Positions 54,641 through 64,000 of a stretch of DNA of 64,000 bases are shown one piece after another; positions within the stretch are counted from its first letter, which is position 1, and every line of letters begins with the position of its first letter. The notes beneath the pieces were generated by a model. The model did no database searches. It saw nothing but the letters and a program-made list of their open reading frames with translations, and was not told where the DNA came from. The stretch is from the IMG/VR virus record IMGVR_UViG_3300013132_000021; one strand, 5' to 3'. Both the position numbers and the translations under genes were made by a program. This stretch comes from a virus.

Positions 54641-57058
54641 ATGGCTTTAAGAGAACTAGGAAGAATTTTAGAAATTAAAAAACCAGACGGAACTTCTGTA
54701 ATCCCGTTTGATACTGCTGCTGGCTTTAATATAAATTCAGTGTTTCGCTCCACAGAAAATTTGATTGCGAGAGCAACCAATCCTATTCAGGACGGTAAAA
54801 GCAGTATAGCAGCCGATCCAAAAAAATTATCTTCAGCTGCAACAAAAAATTTACCATCTTTAACTCCTAATCCTATGGAAGAGTTTGCCACCAGCACCAT
54901 ATTATGGACGCTGGCCGCATTGACTCCTCAGCAGTTTAATGATCCAGCATCATATAGAAATAGTACCAGTGAACTGAAAAATATTGTGTTTAGTTCCGGT
55001 GGAAGATTTGATGACCAACGTGTGAACACTGCATTCGGAGCTCCGGAATATTTTATTAATAATTTTGTTATGAACAGCATTATCGGAGCCAATGAAAAAA
55101 CTGGAAACAGTAATGCCATAAAATTTAGTTTTGAAATTATAGAACCTCAATCTATGGGACTGTTGTTACAGAGCATGCAGAATGCTGCAATAAAGGCTGG
55201 ATATCTCAGTTACCTTGACAACTGTCCGTATGTTCTAAGAATGGATATCAAAGGGTTCGACGAACTGGGAGTACCTATAAGTTCAATCAGACCAAAATTC
55301 TTTGTGATGAAGTTGGTTTCTATGAAATTTACAGTTACTGAAGCGGGTTCTAACTATAAAGTAGAAGGCATTCCATATAATCATCAGGCATTTTCAGATG
55401 CTATTAATACAACCTATAACGATTTAAAAATAGCCGGAGATATTAAAGGACAAGGTGTAGTAGCTGAAGTTTTACAGACCAGTCCAGACGGGTTGACAGC
55501 GGTATTAAATCGTAACGAACAAAAATTAAAAGAAACAGAGCGTATTGCTTATCCTGATAGATATGTTATACAATTTCCTCAAACCAGTAGCACTTGGTAT
55601 TCTTCTGCAGGAAAAAAAGAAAAGAGAAATTCAGCTACAGTAGATCCTGTCGAAGAAGAAAACGAGGGAGACATTGAGTTGTTTGATTCTGGAGTTAGTG
55701 TAGAAGCAGATGTGTCAAACTTGCCGATTAATGAAATAGGAAGGTCTAGTCTCGGCTTCGATCAATTGAGAGGCGGCGCCAATATTTTTAAACGAGCTGG
55801 AGACAGTATAGATGAAAAAACAGGACTAGTGAAAAGAGATGGGATGACTATAGATCCTAAGCAACGAGCTTTTCAATTTGGGCAGGGACAGTCACTGACT
55901 TCTATTATTAATCAGATAGTGTTGAGTTCTAAATATGCATTTAATGCCATTAACGAAAAAACTACTCCAGAAGGATATATCAAATGGTTTAAACTAGATG
56001 CACAGATAGAACTTTTAGAATATGATCCGTTAATAGGAGATTACGCTAAAAAAATTACTTATAGAGTAGTGCCCTACTTTATACATCAATCTATATTTGC
56101 TAATCCTAGTTCTGCACCTGTGGGATATCATGAATTAATGAAATCGGTAGTGAAAGAATATCAATATATCTACACCGGTCAAAATGTTGATGTAACGCGA
56201 TTCGATATAGAAATTAACAATTTATTTTACACAGGGGCTAATCCCTCGGCGGAAAAGAGCGGATCAAAAACTGCTAATCAAGACCAGAAACCAGCGGAAA
56301 GAACCAATGCAAACACAGGCACAGGGCAGGGTAGTGCGCTATCTTCACAGGCAGCACAATTAGGTAGAGCTAGACCTAAACGAGATCCTAAATTGTTAAA
56401 GGGTTACAAGGGCGGTAATTCAGATAAGACAGTAGAACAGAACATAGCAGAAACTTTTCAACAGGCCTTTCTCAGCGGTAACAGTGCCGATTTAGTTACC
56501 GTAAATCTCGAAATACTCGGAGATCCTTACTGGCTTGTAGACAGCGGAATAGCTAATTATTTTTCAGACGCTCCATCACCTAACAGCCAAATTACCAACG
56601 ACGGAACCATGAACTATGAAAGTGGCAATGTTTACATCTATCTAACATTTCGAACTCCCACCGATATTAATGAAACAACTGGATTGTATGATTTTTCACA
56701 GGCCGGTAAAGAAAGTCCGTTCGGCGGCATATACCGAGTCGTGATGTGTGAAAACACTTTTTCTGATGGACAATGGAAACAAAAACTCAAATGTATTAGG
56801 ATGCCAGGCCCCCAAGGACCAGAAGTAACTGATGAAGACCGGTCGGGCACAGTAACTCCTACCGATGCTGGGGCTATTGACATTAAAGAACAGGAAGCTC
56901 CAAGTACTAGCCCTATAGATGATGGGGACCCCACTACACAACTAGCTTCTAACACCAGTTCAACATCAACAGAAAGCACAGTATCGACTAGAACAACTTC
57001 TAATCAAGCACCGACTAGAACAGGTTTTAGATATTATAGAGATTTAGGACAAGGATAA
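54641..57058 (+). CDS. Baseplate hub protein (gp27/gpD-like)
   Basis: Between the gp53-like and gp5-like genes. L.I.GDPYWL and G.Y.V....N.F..G.W.Q.L near the C-terminus. Confidence 0.6.
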   Translation: MALRELGRILEIKKPDGTSVIPFDTAAGFNINSVFRSTENLIARATNPIQDGKSSIAADPKKLSSAATKNLPSLTPNPMEEFATSTILWTLAALTPQQFNDPASYRNSTSELKNIVFSSGGRFDDQRVNTAFGAPEYFINNFVMNSIIGANEKTGNSNAIKFSFEIIEPQSMGLLLQSMQNAAIKAGYLSYLDNCPYVLRMDIKGFDELGVPISSIRPKFFVMKLVSMKFTVTEAGSNYKVEGIPYNHQAFSDAINTTYNDLKIAGDIKGQGVVAEVLQTSPDGLTAVLNRNEQKLKETERIAYPDRYVIQFPQTSSTWYSSAGKKEKRNSATVDPVEEENEGDIELFDSGVSVEADVSNLPINEIGRSSLGFDQLRGGANIFKRAGDSIDEKTGLVKRDGMTIDPKQRAFQFGQGQSLTSIINQIVLSSKYAFNAINEKTTPEGYIKWFKLDAQIELLEYDPLIGDYAKKITYRVVPYFIHQSIFANPSSAPVGYHELMKSVVKEYQYIYTGQNVDVTRFDIEINNLFYTGANPSAEKSGSKTANQDQKPAERTNANTGTGQGSALSSQAAQLGRARPKRDPKLLKGYKGGNSDKTVEQNIAETFQQAFLSGNSADLVTVNLEILGDPYWLVDSGIANYFSDAPSPNSQITNDGTMNYESGNVYIYLTFRTPTDINETTGLYDFSQAGKESPFGGIYRVVMCENTFSDGQWKQKLKCIRMPGPQGPEVTDEDRSGTVTPTDAGAIDIKEQEAPSTSPIDDGDPTTQLASNTSSTSTESTVSTRTTSNQAPTRTGFRYYRDLGQG

Positions 57059-57061
57059 CAC

Positions 57062-58660
57062 ATGGCAGAATTAGGTCGTCCCTCAGCTGAAGGAGAAGGA
57101 AAGTCAGGAGGTCTCACCCAAGGTATATATCTTGCAAGGGTGATCAGTCATCTTGATCCAACTTTCATGGGATCGTTGGAAGTGACATTACTTAAAGATC
57201 AAGGTAATGACCCTGGAGATGACAGTCAATTACATATAGTAAAATATGCTCCTCCCTTCTTTGGTTACACAGGGTTTGAATATATGGGCAAGAATGATGG
57301 TACTAGTTCTACCATCGATGGATTCAATGACACACAGAAGAGCTACGGCATGTGGTTCGTGCCTCCAGATGTCGGTGTTAACGTGTTAGTGCTTTTTGTG
57401 GATGGCGATCCTGGACAGGGCTATTGGTTTGCGTGTGTTCCTGGCCGTTATATTAATAACATGGTTCCGGCTATTGCAGGATCTAAAATAAATGCATTAG
57501 ATGCAGAAGATAAAGCTAGGTACGGTAACACTAAACAGCCATTACCTGTAGCAGAAATAAACAAACGTATCAACGGTGAGAAGCAAGAAATAGATCCAGA
57601 AAAAATTCCTAGAGTTGTACATCCTATTGCCGATAGATTTTTAGAGCAAGGGTTACTAGAAGATGATGTTCGTGGAACAAGTTCGTCATCACCTAGAAGA
57701 GAACTACCGGGTATGGTGTTTGGTATCTCAACTCCTGGTCCAGTAGATCGCAGAACTAATGCTAAAAAAGCAGTGATAGGAAAAAAAGACAGCAAGTCTG
57801 CACCACTACCTATCAGCAGATTAGGTGGCACACAGCTAGTCATGGACGACGGCGACGATCGTTATCACAGAGAAAAAACAGCCGCAGAAGGACCTGTGAA
57901 ATATGTTGACCTTTTAGATCCAGAAGTTCAGCGTAGAATTTCACAGGGAGAAGCCACAGTTCCTTACAATGAATATTTCAGAGTCAGAACTAGAACTGGT
58001 CATCAGATACTGCTGCACAATTCAGAAGATCTAATCTACATAGGCAATGCTAGAGGCACTGCCTGGATTGAAATGACCAGCAATGGTAAGATAGATATCT
58101 ATGCACAAGACAGTGTCAGCATACACACAGCTACTGATCTTAACATACGTGCCGACAGAGACATCAATTTTGAAGCTGGCCGCAACATGAATTTTAGAAC
58201 AGAATCAGGCAAATGGCATGCAGAAATTGCCACCGACATGGAGTTCCTGATCAACAACGATGCCAAGCTCACCGTGGGGGCTAACTGTGATATTCTAGTA
58301 GGAGCCAAACTAAAGATATCAGCCAACAACGACATGGATATTGCTACCAACACAGAACTTAAGGTGTCGGCTACTGGTGATATTAGTGTAGGGTCTGCGT
58401 CAGAGTTAAAGATGAACGGCACAAAAATTAATCTCAATGGACCTAACAATTCGGAAACTGCCGAGGTAGCAGACTTTGTAAGACCTTATGATCTCAGAGA
58501 TAACGTAGCAACCAGCACCACCGCAGGCTGGGACAAGAGATATCAATCAGGAATAGTTCAGAGTTTTATGAAAAGAATTCCTATGCACGAACCCTGGCCT
58601 TTGCATGAACATCTGGCTCCTGCGCAACTAACTCCTGATAACACAGATAGGGACGCATAA
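57062..58660 (+). CDS. Baseplate central spike (gp5/VgrG-like; OB-fold plus beta-helix, no lysozyme domain seen)
   Basis: SYGMWFVPPD.G..VLV.F..GD...GYW, RTRTGHQI.L...E, beta-helix repeats, I.LN, C-terminal HEPW..H. Confidence 0.8.
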   Translation: MAELGRPSAEGEGKSGGLTQGIYLARVISHLDPTFMGSLEVTLLKDQGNDPGDDSQLHIVKYAPPFFGYTGFEYMGKNDGTSSTIDGFNDTQKSYGMWFVPPDVGVNVLVLFVDGDPGQGYWFACVPGRYINNMVPAIAGSKINALDAEDKARYGNTKQPLPVAEINKRINGEKQEIDPEKIPRVVHPIADRFLEQGLLEDDVRGTSSSSPRRELPGMVFGISTPGPVDRRTNAKKAVIGKKDSKSAPLPISRLGGTQLVMDDGDDRYHREKTAAEGPVKYVDLLDPEVQRRISQGEATVPYNEYFRVRTRTGHQILLHNSEDLIYIGNARGTAWIEMTSNGKIDIYAQDSVSIHTATDLNIRADRDINFEAGRNMNFRTESGKWHAEIATDMEFLINNDAKLTVGANCDILVGAKLKISANNDMDIATNTELKVSATGDISVGSASELKMNGTKINLNGPNNSETAEVADFVRPYDLRDNVATSTTAGWDKRYQSGIVQSFMKRIPMHEPWPLHEHLAPAQLTPDNTDRDA

Positions 58661-58661
58661 T

Positions 58662-59102
58662 ATGGCAAATAAACTTTATAATCAAAAAACAGTAGCTAAT
58701 AATACCGCTGTTACAACAGAAAAAAATCTGGGAGTTTTTTTGTACAAGGGATTTAGTAGTCAACAGAGTTCAAAAAATTACAAACTCTATGATATTGATT
58801 TAGTCAAGCAGGATTTGATTAATCATTTCTATATCCGTAAAGGAGAAAAATTAGAAAATCCAGATTTTGGCACAGTGATATGGGATATGCTTTTTGAAAA
58901 TTTCACAGAAGATGTCAAGCAGATTATCGCCAAAGATGTTGAAGCCATAATAAATTACGATCCAAGGATCTCAGTGAACACTGTGACTATAGACAGCACG
59001 GATCAAGGAATTCGCATACAGGCTGACATAGTGTACATTCCTTTCAACGTCAATGAACGCATGTCTTTTGATTTTGATAAAACTAATAATATCATAATAT
59101 GA
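58662..59102 (+). CDS. gp25: Baseplate wedge subunit (gp25-like)
   Basis: D..LVKQDL.N...RKGEK..NPDFG..IWD.LFE...I..YDPR. Confidence 0.9.
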   Translation: MANKLYNQKTVANNTAVTTEKNLGVFLYKGFSSQQSSKNYKLYDIDLVKQDLINHFYIRKGEKLENPDFGTVIWDMLFENFTEDVKQIIAKDVEAIINYDPRISVNTVTIDSTDQGIRIQADIVYIPFNVNERMSFDFDKTNNIII

Positions 59103-59142
59103 CCACTTTATTTTATAATAAATATTGGCATAGGGACTCGAA

Positions 59143-62100
59143 ATGACCACTACAAGTAGACAAAATAATCTAATTCTAAACCAAGACTGGACTAGAATCT
59201 ATCAGACATTTAGAAACGCTGATTTCAAAAGTTATGACTTCGAAAATCTACGCAGGGTTATAATCACTTATCTGCGAGAAAATTATCCAGAAGATTTCAA
59301 CGACTATATTGAGTCATCTGAATATCTAGCACTAATTGATGCCGTGGCATTTTTAGGCCAGAGTCTAGCATTTCGCATTGATTTGGCCAGCAGAGAGAAT
59401 TTTATCGAACTAGCTGAGACCAAAGAAAGCGTGTTGCGAATTGCTCGAATGCTTAGTTATAACGCCAAGAGAAACGTTGCTGCTAAAGGACTGTTAAAAT
59501 TTACTTCGGTGACTACTACAGAAGATATTGTAGACAGTAACGGACGTAATCTCGCACAACAGATAGTCAGCTGGAATGATCCAACAAACACCAATTGGCT
59601 TGAGCAATTTATTTTAGTTTTAAATTCAGCAATGGCCGACAACACAGAATTTGGTCGCAGCCAGGGTTCAGCGACCATACAAGGTATACCTACAGAACAA
59701 TATAGATTTAGAACTACCAGCACAGATGTGCCAATCTATTCTTTCAGCAAGACTGTAGCTGCTAGAGGCATGCTGTTTGAATTAGTTTCCACCGCATTTA
59801 AGAACAGTGAAAATATCTATGAAGAACCTCCGGTGCCTGGCAATCAATTAGGATTTGTATATAGAAATGATGGCACAGGACCTGCTAGTCCCAACACCGG
59901 ATTTTTCCTGATGTTCAAACAGGGCACACTAGCCCTAGCTGATTTTGGTATAGGGGTGCCAACTCCTAACGAAAAAATCGCTATCGATACAGCCGACATT
60001 AACAACGATGATGTGTGGTTATTTTCATTAAACAGTGCAGGAGCACAATTAGAGGAGTGGACTAAAGTTAGTACGCTGGTAGGTAACAATATTGCCTATA
60101 ATAGCGTAGAACAAAACATTAGAAACATATATGCGGTTAATACTAAAGAAAATGATACCGTTGATCTAGTTTTTGCTGACGGAGTATATGGTAATCTACC
60201 ACAAGGTTCTTTCAGAGTGTTTTATAGAACTAGTAACGGATTATCTTACACCATCAGTCCCAACGAACTTAGAGGAATTAATATTAGTATTAGTTATTTT
60301 AATAAATCAGGAGTAGAGCATACCTTAACAGTAGGACTGGCTCTTCAGTCTACAGTAGCGAACTCAGCTGCAACTGAAAGTATAGATTCGGTGAGAACCA
60401 ATGCTCCTGCAGTTTATTACACGCAGAATCGTATGATTACTGCCGAAGATTATAATCTTGCACCGTTAAGTAGCAGCCAAAATATAGTCAAGATTAAATC
60501 CATTAACAGAACATCTAGCGGTATTAGTAGAAATTTTGATATCATTGATGCATCTGGAAAATATTCAAGTATCAATGTGTTTTGTGATGATGGATATATC
60601 TATAAACAAGAAAGTGAAGAAACTCTTGGATTTAGATTCAACAATAGAGTCGATGTAATTAATTTTCTTCGGCAAAATGTAGAACCAAAATTTACAGACG
60701 CAGATGTTTATAATTTTTATTTTACAAAATTTGATCGTATTCTTTTCACAGATAATAACACGGTATGGCAAAGCATTACTTCTACAACCCCTACCGGCTA
60801 TTTCAAGAATGTGGTGGATAACTCACTGTTAAAAGTAGGTACGTATTCTACTTCTAGTTTGAAATATCTGCTCAGCGGAGCATTAATTAAATTTACAGCA
60901 CCTGCCGGACTAGCATTTAAAAAAGGTACATTAGTAGCTATCAATGCTCAAGATCCAGAGCAACGTGATAGGCTTTGGACTAAAGTAGTGTCTGTGGTAG
61001 GCGACGGAACTAATGCTGGTAGAGGTGTGCTGACCAACGGACTAGGGGCGGTAACATTTAGTGACGCTGTGCCTACAGGTGCAGTGGCAAATCGCATTGT
61101 GCCTCGATTTATTAATGATTTAGATGCTGCGTTAGAAACAGAAATAGTTAATCAATGCTCTCAGAATTTAAATTTTGGATTGAGATATGAATCGGTTTCG
61201 TCGACCTGGAAGATTGTTACCGCTACTAATATTAACTTAATCAGCGATTTTAGTCTAGGAAAATCAGGAGACGTAACTAACACAAATGCAGATAGTTCAT
61301 GGTTAGTAGCCTTTGTTAAAGAAGCCGATAGATATGTAGTTAGAATAAGACGACTTAGTTATGTTTTTGGCAGCGTTATGCAGAATCGTTTTTATTTTGA
61401 TACCAACGAAAAACGTTATAATGACCAATTAGGTGCTGTGGTAAAAGATCAGGTCAAGGTACTTGGGATCAATACCGACAGCGGGTTTATCACAGAATTA
61501 CGGCAAGACGTGCCCTTTGAAATCAGCGACACTATTAAATTTGATGATGGATATGAAAGCACTACGGAAATAAAATTAAGTTTTCAAGACAGTGACGACG
61601 ACGGAGTTATAGATAATCCGGATTCATTTGAACAGATAGTTGGCGCAGACACAGCGTTAAATTATTTGTTTTTTAAGGAAACCGTAGATCAATACGGCAC
61701 AACTGATTATCAGTTAGTGGATAACTCAGATAATCTAATATTAATTCGAGAAAAAGAATCGGTGATTGATTTCACTGATGCAACAACTTATCCCGACGGG
61801 CAATTGATCTATTTTTATACCATCGACGAAGATGTTGTTAAAACAGTGAACCGAAGCACAAATACATTTGATCTTGATAGATCATACAGAGCTAACATTG
61901 GTCGAAGGAATCTAAAATTTCAGTATATCCATAATGCCAGTGTGGATCGCAGAATAGATCCTAGCTCTAGCAATATCATTGACGTGTTTTTATTGACTAG
62001 ATCTTATGATGAATCATATAGAATATATCTTGCAGGCGGTACCGATACCGCACCAGAACCTCCCAGCACAGACAGTTTAAGAACAACGTTTGGAGCTAAC

Positions 62101-62550
62101 CTATCTGCGATTAAATCTATCAGTGACGAAATCATTTATCATACAGTAAAATACAAGGTGTTGTTTGGTTCAAAAGCAGATCCTAAATTACAAGCCATAT
62201 TTAAAGTGGTTAAAAATCCTGGACAATCTATTAATGATAACGATCTTAAAGTTCGAGTTATCTCAGCAATAAACACATTCTTCGACATTAGCAATTGGGA
62301 TTTCGGTGATAGATTTTATATGGGTGAACTTACTACCTACATACTAAATTCTACAGCACCCGATATCAGTAACATAGTTATATGTCCAAAACAAAGTGGT
62401 CAATCATTCGGAAGCCTGTTTGAGATACAGAGCAGATCGGATGAAATCCTAATCAGTGGAGCCACCGTCACAGATGTTGAGATAGTCACAGCTATCACAG
62501 CAGCTGAAGTTGGTTCTGCTATAACCAGTGTGGTATCTACTACCTATTAA
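59143..62550 (+). CDS. gp6: Baseplate wedge subunit (gp6-like)
   Basis: DF..LR...I.YL...DFND..E.S....LID..A, ENF...A...SV..IA..L.Y, F.DG.YG..P, ESI..VR.NAP..Y.TQNR.ITAEDY. Confidence 0.9.
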   Translation: MTTTSRQNNLILNQDWTRIYQTFRNADFKSYDFENLRRVIITYLRENYPEDFNDYIESSEYLALIDAVAFLGQSLAFRIDLASRENFIELAETKESVLRIARMLSYNAKRNVAAKGLLKFTSVTTTEDIVDSNGRNLAQQIVSWNDPTNTNWLEQFILVLNSAMADNTEFGRSQGSATIQGIPTEQYRFRTTSTDVPIYSFSKTVAARGMLFELVSTAFKNSENIYEEPPVPGNQLGFVYRNDGTGPASPNTGFFLMFKQGTLALADFGIGVPTPNEKIAIDTADINNDDVWLFSLNSAGAQLEEWTKVSTLVGNNIAYNSVEQNIRNIYAVNTKENDTVDLVFADGVYGNLPQGSFRVFYRTSNGLSYTISPNELRGINISISYFNKSGVEHTLTVGLALQSTVANSAATESIDSVRTNAPAVYYTQNRMITAEDYNLAPLSSSQNIVKIKSINRTSSGISRNFDIIDASGKYSSINVFCDDGYIYKQESEETLGFRFNNRVDVINFLRQNVEPKFTDADVYNFYFTKFDRILFTDNNTVWQSITSTTPTGYFKNVVDNSLLKVGTYSTSSLKYLLSGALIKFTAPAGLAFKKGTLVAINAQDPEQRDRLWTKVVSVVGDGTNAGRGVLTNGLGAVTFSDAVPTGAVANRIVPRFINDLDAALETEIVNQCSQNLNFGLRYESVSSTWKIVTATNINLISDFSLGKSGDVTNTNADSSWLVAFVKEADRYVVRIRRLSYVFGSVMQNRFYFDTNEKRYNDQLGAVVKDQVKVLGINTDSGFITELRQDVPFEISDTIKFDDGYESTTEIKLSFQDSDDDGVIDNPDSFEQIVGADTALNYLFFKETVDQYGTTDYQLVDNSDNLILIREKESVIDFTDATTYPDGQLIYFYTIDEDVVKTVNRSTNTFDLDRSYRANIGRRNLKFQYIHNASVDRRIDPSSSNIIDVFLLTRSYDESYRIYLAGGTDTAPEPPSTDSLRTTFGANLSAIKSISDEIIYHTVKYKVLFGSKADPKLQAIFKVVKNPGQSINDNDLKVRVISAINTFFDISNWDFGDRFYMGELTTYILNSTAPDISNIVICPKQSGQSFGSLFEIQSRSDEILISGATVTDVEIVTAITAAEVGSAITSVVSTTY

Positions 62551-62551
62551 C

Positions 62552-64000
62552 ATGTCAGATAAATTTTTCCCTTTCAGTAAACTACCTATAAGAAAATCAG
62601 TAGAACTTCTACCGAAAGTTTTTCAGACAGAAGCTAACGATAAATTTCTTGCAGGCGTAGTAGATCCTTTAGTACAACCAGGATTATTGGATAAAATTAC
62701 AGGATATGTTGGTCGAAGGTTTGGCAAAACTTATAATGGTAACGATCTATATCTAGATACAGATGCTACATTAAGAAGTGCTTATCAGTTAGAACCCGGA
62801 GTGATATATCGAAATCAGGATAAGATTGAAAATTTCTATGATTACATTGATTTTAAAAATCAATTAAAATTCTTTGGTAACACAGATGAACGTGACGACA
62901 AACTTACTAGCCAGGAGCACTATGCCTGGAATCCGCCTATTGCCTGGGACAAGTTCATCAATTATCGCGAATATTATTGGGTGCCCAGCGGTCCGCCTAG
63001 TGTCTCAATATATGGACAAAGCGCCACAGTCAACAGTACATATAAAGTAGTATTGAGTACAACTGCAAACAGTTTTGTGTTTACTCCAGATGCCTATACC
63101 AATAATCCTACTCTAACATTATATCGAGGACAGACATATAAATTTAAAGTTAATGCTCCTGGTGAAGGATTTAGTATTCGTACGAATTATGATACAGGAA
63201 GTTTGATATTCAAACCTAATCATCCATATCTTGCAGGCAATCTAGCAGTATATGATTCTAAACTATATAGAGCACGCCGAGACATAAATCCCGCAGACGG
63301 TAGTTCTATCACATTAGATAGTGAAGATTGGGAATATCTCGAACCAGCCGCATCCGGTTCCGCCTTAGAATACAAAAAAGGTGTAATCAACAACGGCACT
63401 GAAAATGGCACAGTGACTTTTACTGTTCCGTACGATGCTCCTGATACATTATATTATCAGGGATTAATTACTCCTGATACCTTTGGTAGATTTGTTATAG
63501 CTGATATTGAATCTAATACATATCTCAATGTAGATAAAGACATGGTTGGCAAGAGTGAATATACTAGCAGTACTGGCATTACACTAAGCAATGGAATGGT
63601 TGTCAAATTTCAAGGTACCGTTATCCCAGAAAAATATAGTCAGGAAACATGGGTGGTTGAAGGAGTTGGAAAAGCTATAACATTGACAAAATTCTCTGAC
63701 CTTATAGTTCCAGTATTAACAGCCACAGTACCTGAAGTATTATTTGATAACGCAGGCTTTGACACAGAACCCTTTGATGATGCCACCGCATATCCTACCT
63801 TTAAAGATTACATCACTATAGCTAGAGACAGTATTGATTCTAATCCTTGGTCAAGGTATAATCGTTGGTTCCATAGAAGTGTATTAGAAACAGCTTATAC
63901 TCTGCGAGGCGAAGATTTTCCTGCAGAAGAATCTACTAGAGCTAAACGACCTATTATAGAATTTTCAGCTAATCTGCAGTTATTCAATCACGGATCGGCA
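62552..64000 (+). CDS. Large baseplate wedge/structural protein (gp7-like), truncated by the window end
   Basis: ATG 62552 (MSDKFFPFSKLPIRKSVELLPKVFQT...KFL) directly after gp6. Absent from the ORF track, consistent with no stop before 64000. Confidence 0.7.
   Translation, partial: MSDKFFPFSKLPIRKSVELLPKVFQTEANDKFLAGVVDPLVQPGLLDKITGYVGRRFGKTYNGNDLYLDTDATLRSAYQLEPGVIYRNQDKIENFYDYIDFKNQLKFFGNTDERDDKLTSQEHYAWNPPIAWDKFINYREYYWVPSGPPSVSIYGQSATVNSTYKVVLSTTANSFVFTPDAYTNNPTLTLYRGQTYKFKVNAPGEGFSIRTNYDTGSLIFKPNHPYLAGNLAVYDSKLYRARRDINPADGSSITLDSEDWEYLEPAASGSALEYKKGVINNGTENGTVTFTVPYDAPDTLYYQGLITPDTFGRFVIADIESNTYLNVDKDMVGKSEYTSSTGITLSNGMVVKFQGTVIPEKYSQETWVVEGVGKAITLTKFSDLIVPVLTATVPEVLFDNAGFDTEPFDDATAYPTFKDYITIARDSIDSNPWSRYNRWFHRSVLETAYTLRGEDFPAEESTRAKRPIIEFSANLQLFNHGSA

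Noticed and set aside
1-64000. Alternative genetic code (stop-codon reassignment)
   Set aside because: Long core genes are intact under the standard code and all three stop codons terminate genes.

Overview
This is a 64-kb segment of a large T4-like (myovirus) dsDNA phage genome. Positions 1-11.5 kb form an AT-rich accessory tailoring-enzyme island with 12 predicted Fe(II)/2-oxoglutarate (DSBH) oxygenases of several subfamilies, including one JmjC/cupin, plus two flavin-dependent tryptophan-halogenase-family genes. Directly upstream on the minus strand lie three paralogous Gly/His-rich fibre-tip-like genes, two giant paralogous fibre/adhesin genes (2512 and 1888 aa) and smaller fibre-associated genes (11.6-34.4 kb). 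The head module follows (major capsid, scaffold, prohead protease, portal; 34.8-41.2 kb). Next come a tape-measure-like gene, a divergent gp26-like chaperone with a candidate -1 programmed frameshift, and probable internal head proteins. A ~470-nt highly structured non-coding region sits directly behind a stand-alone GIY-YIG gene, followed by gp46/gp47 (Rad50/Mre11), a gp55-like late sigma factor and a plus-strand baseplate operon that runs off the window end. A TAAATA late-promoter motif recurs in 13 upstream positions, including in front of the oxygenase/halogenase genes. Best candidates for undescribed biology: (1) the GIY-YIG plus structured RNA locus, (2) a late-expressed oxygenase/halogenase cassette that may modify virion fibre proteins, and (3) the gp26 frameshift. 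All family calls come from motif recognition by eye; no database searches were run.
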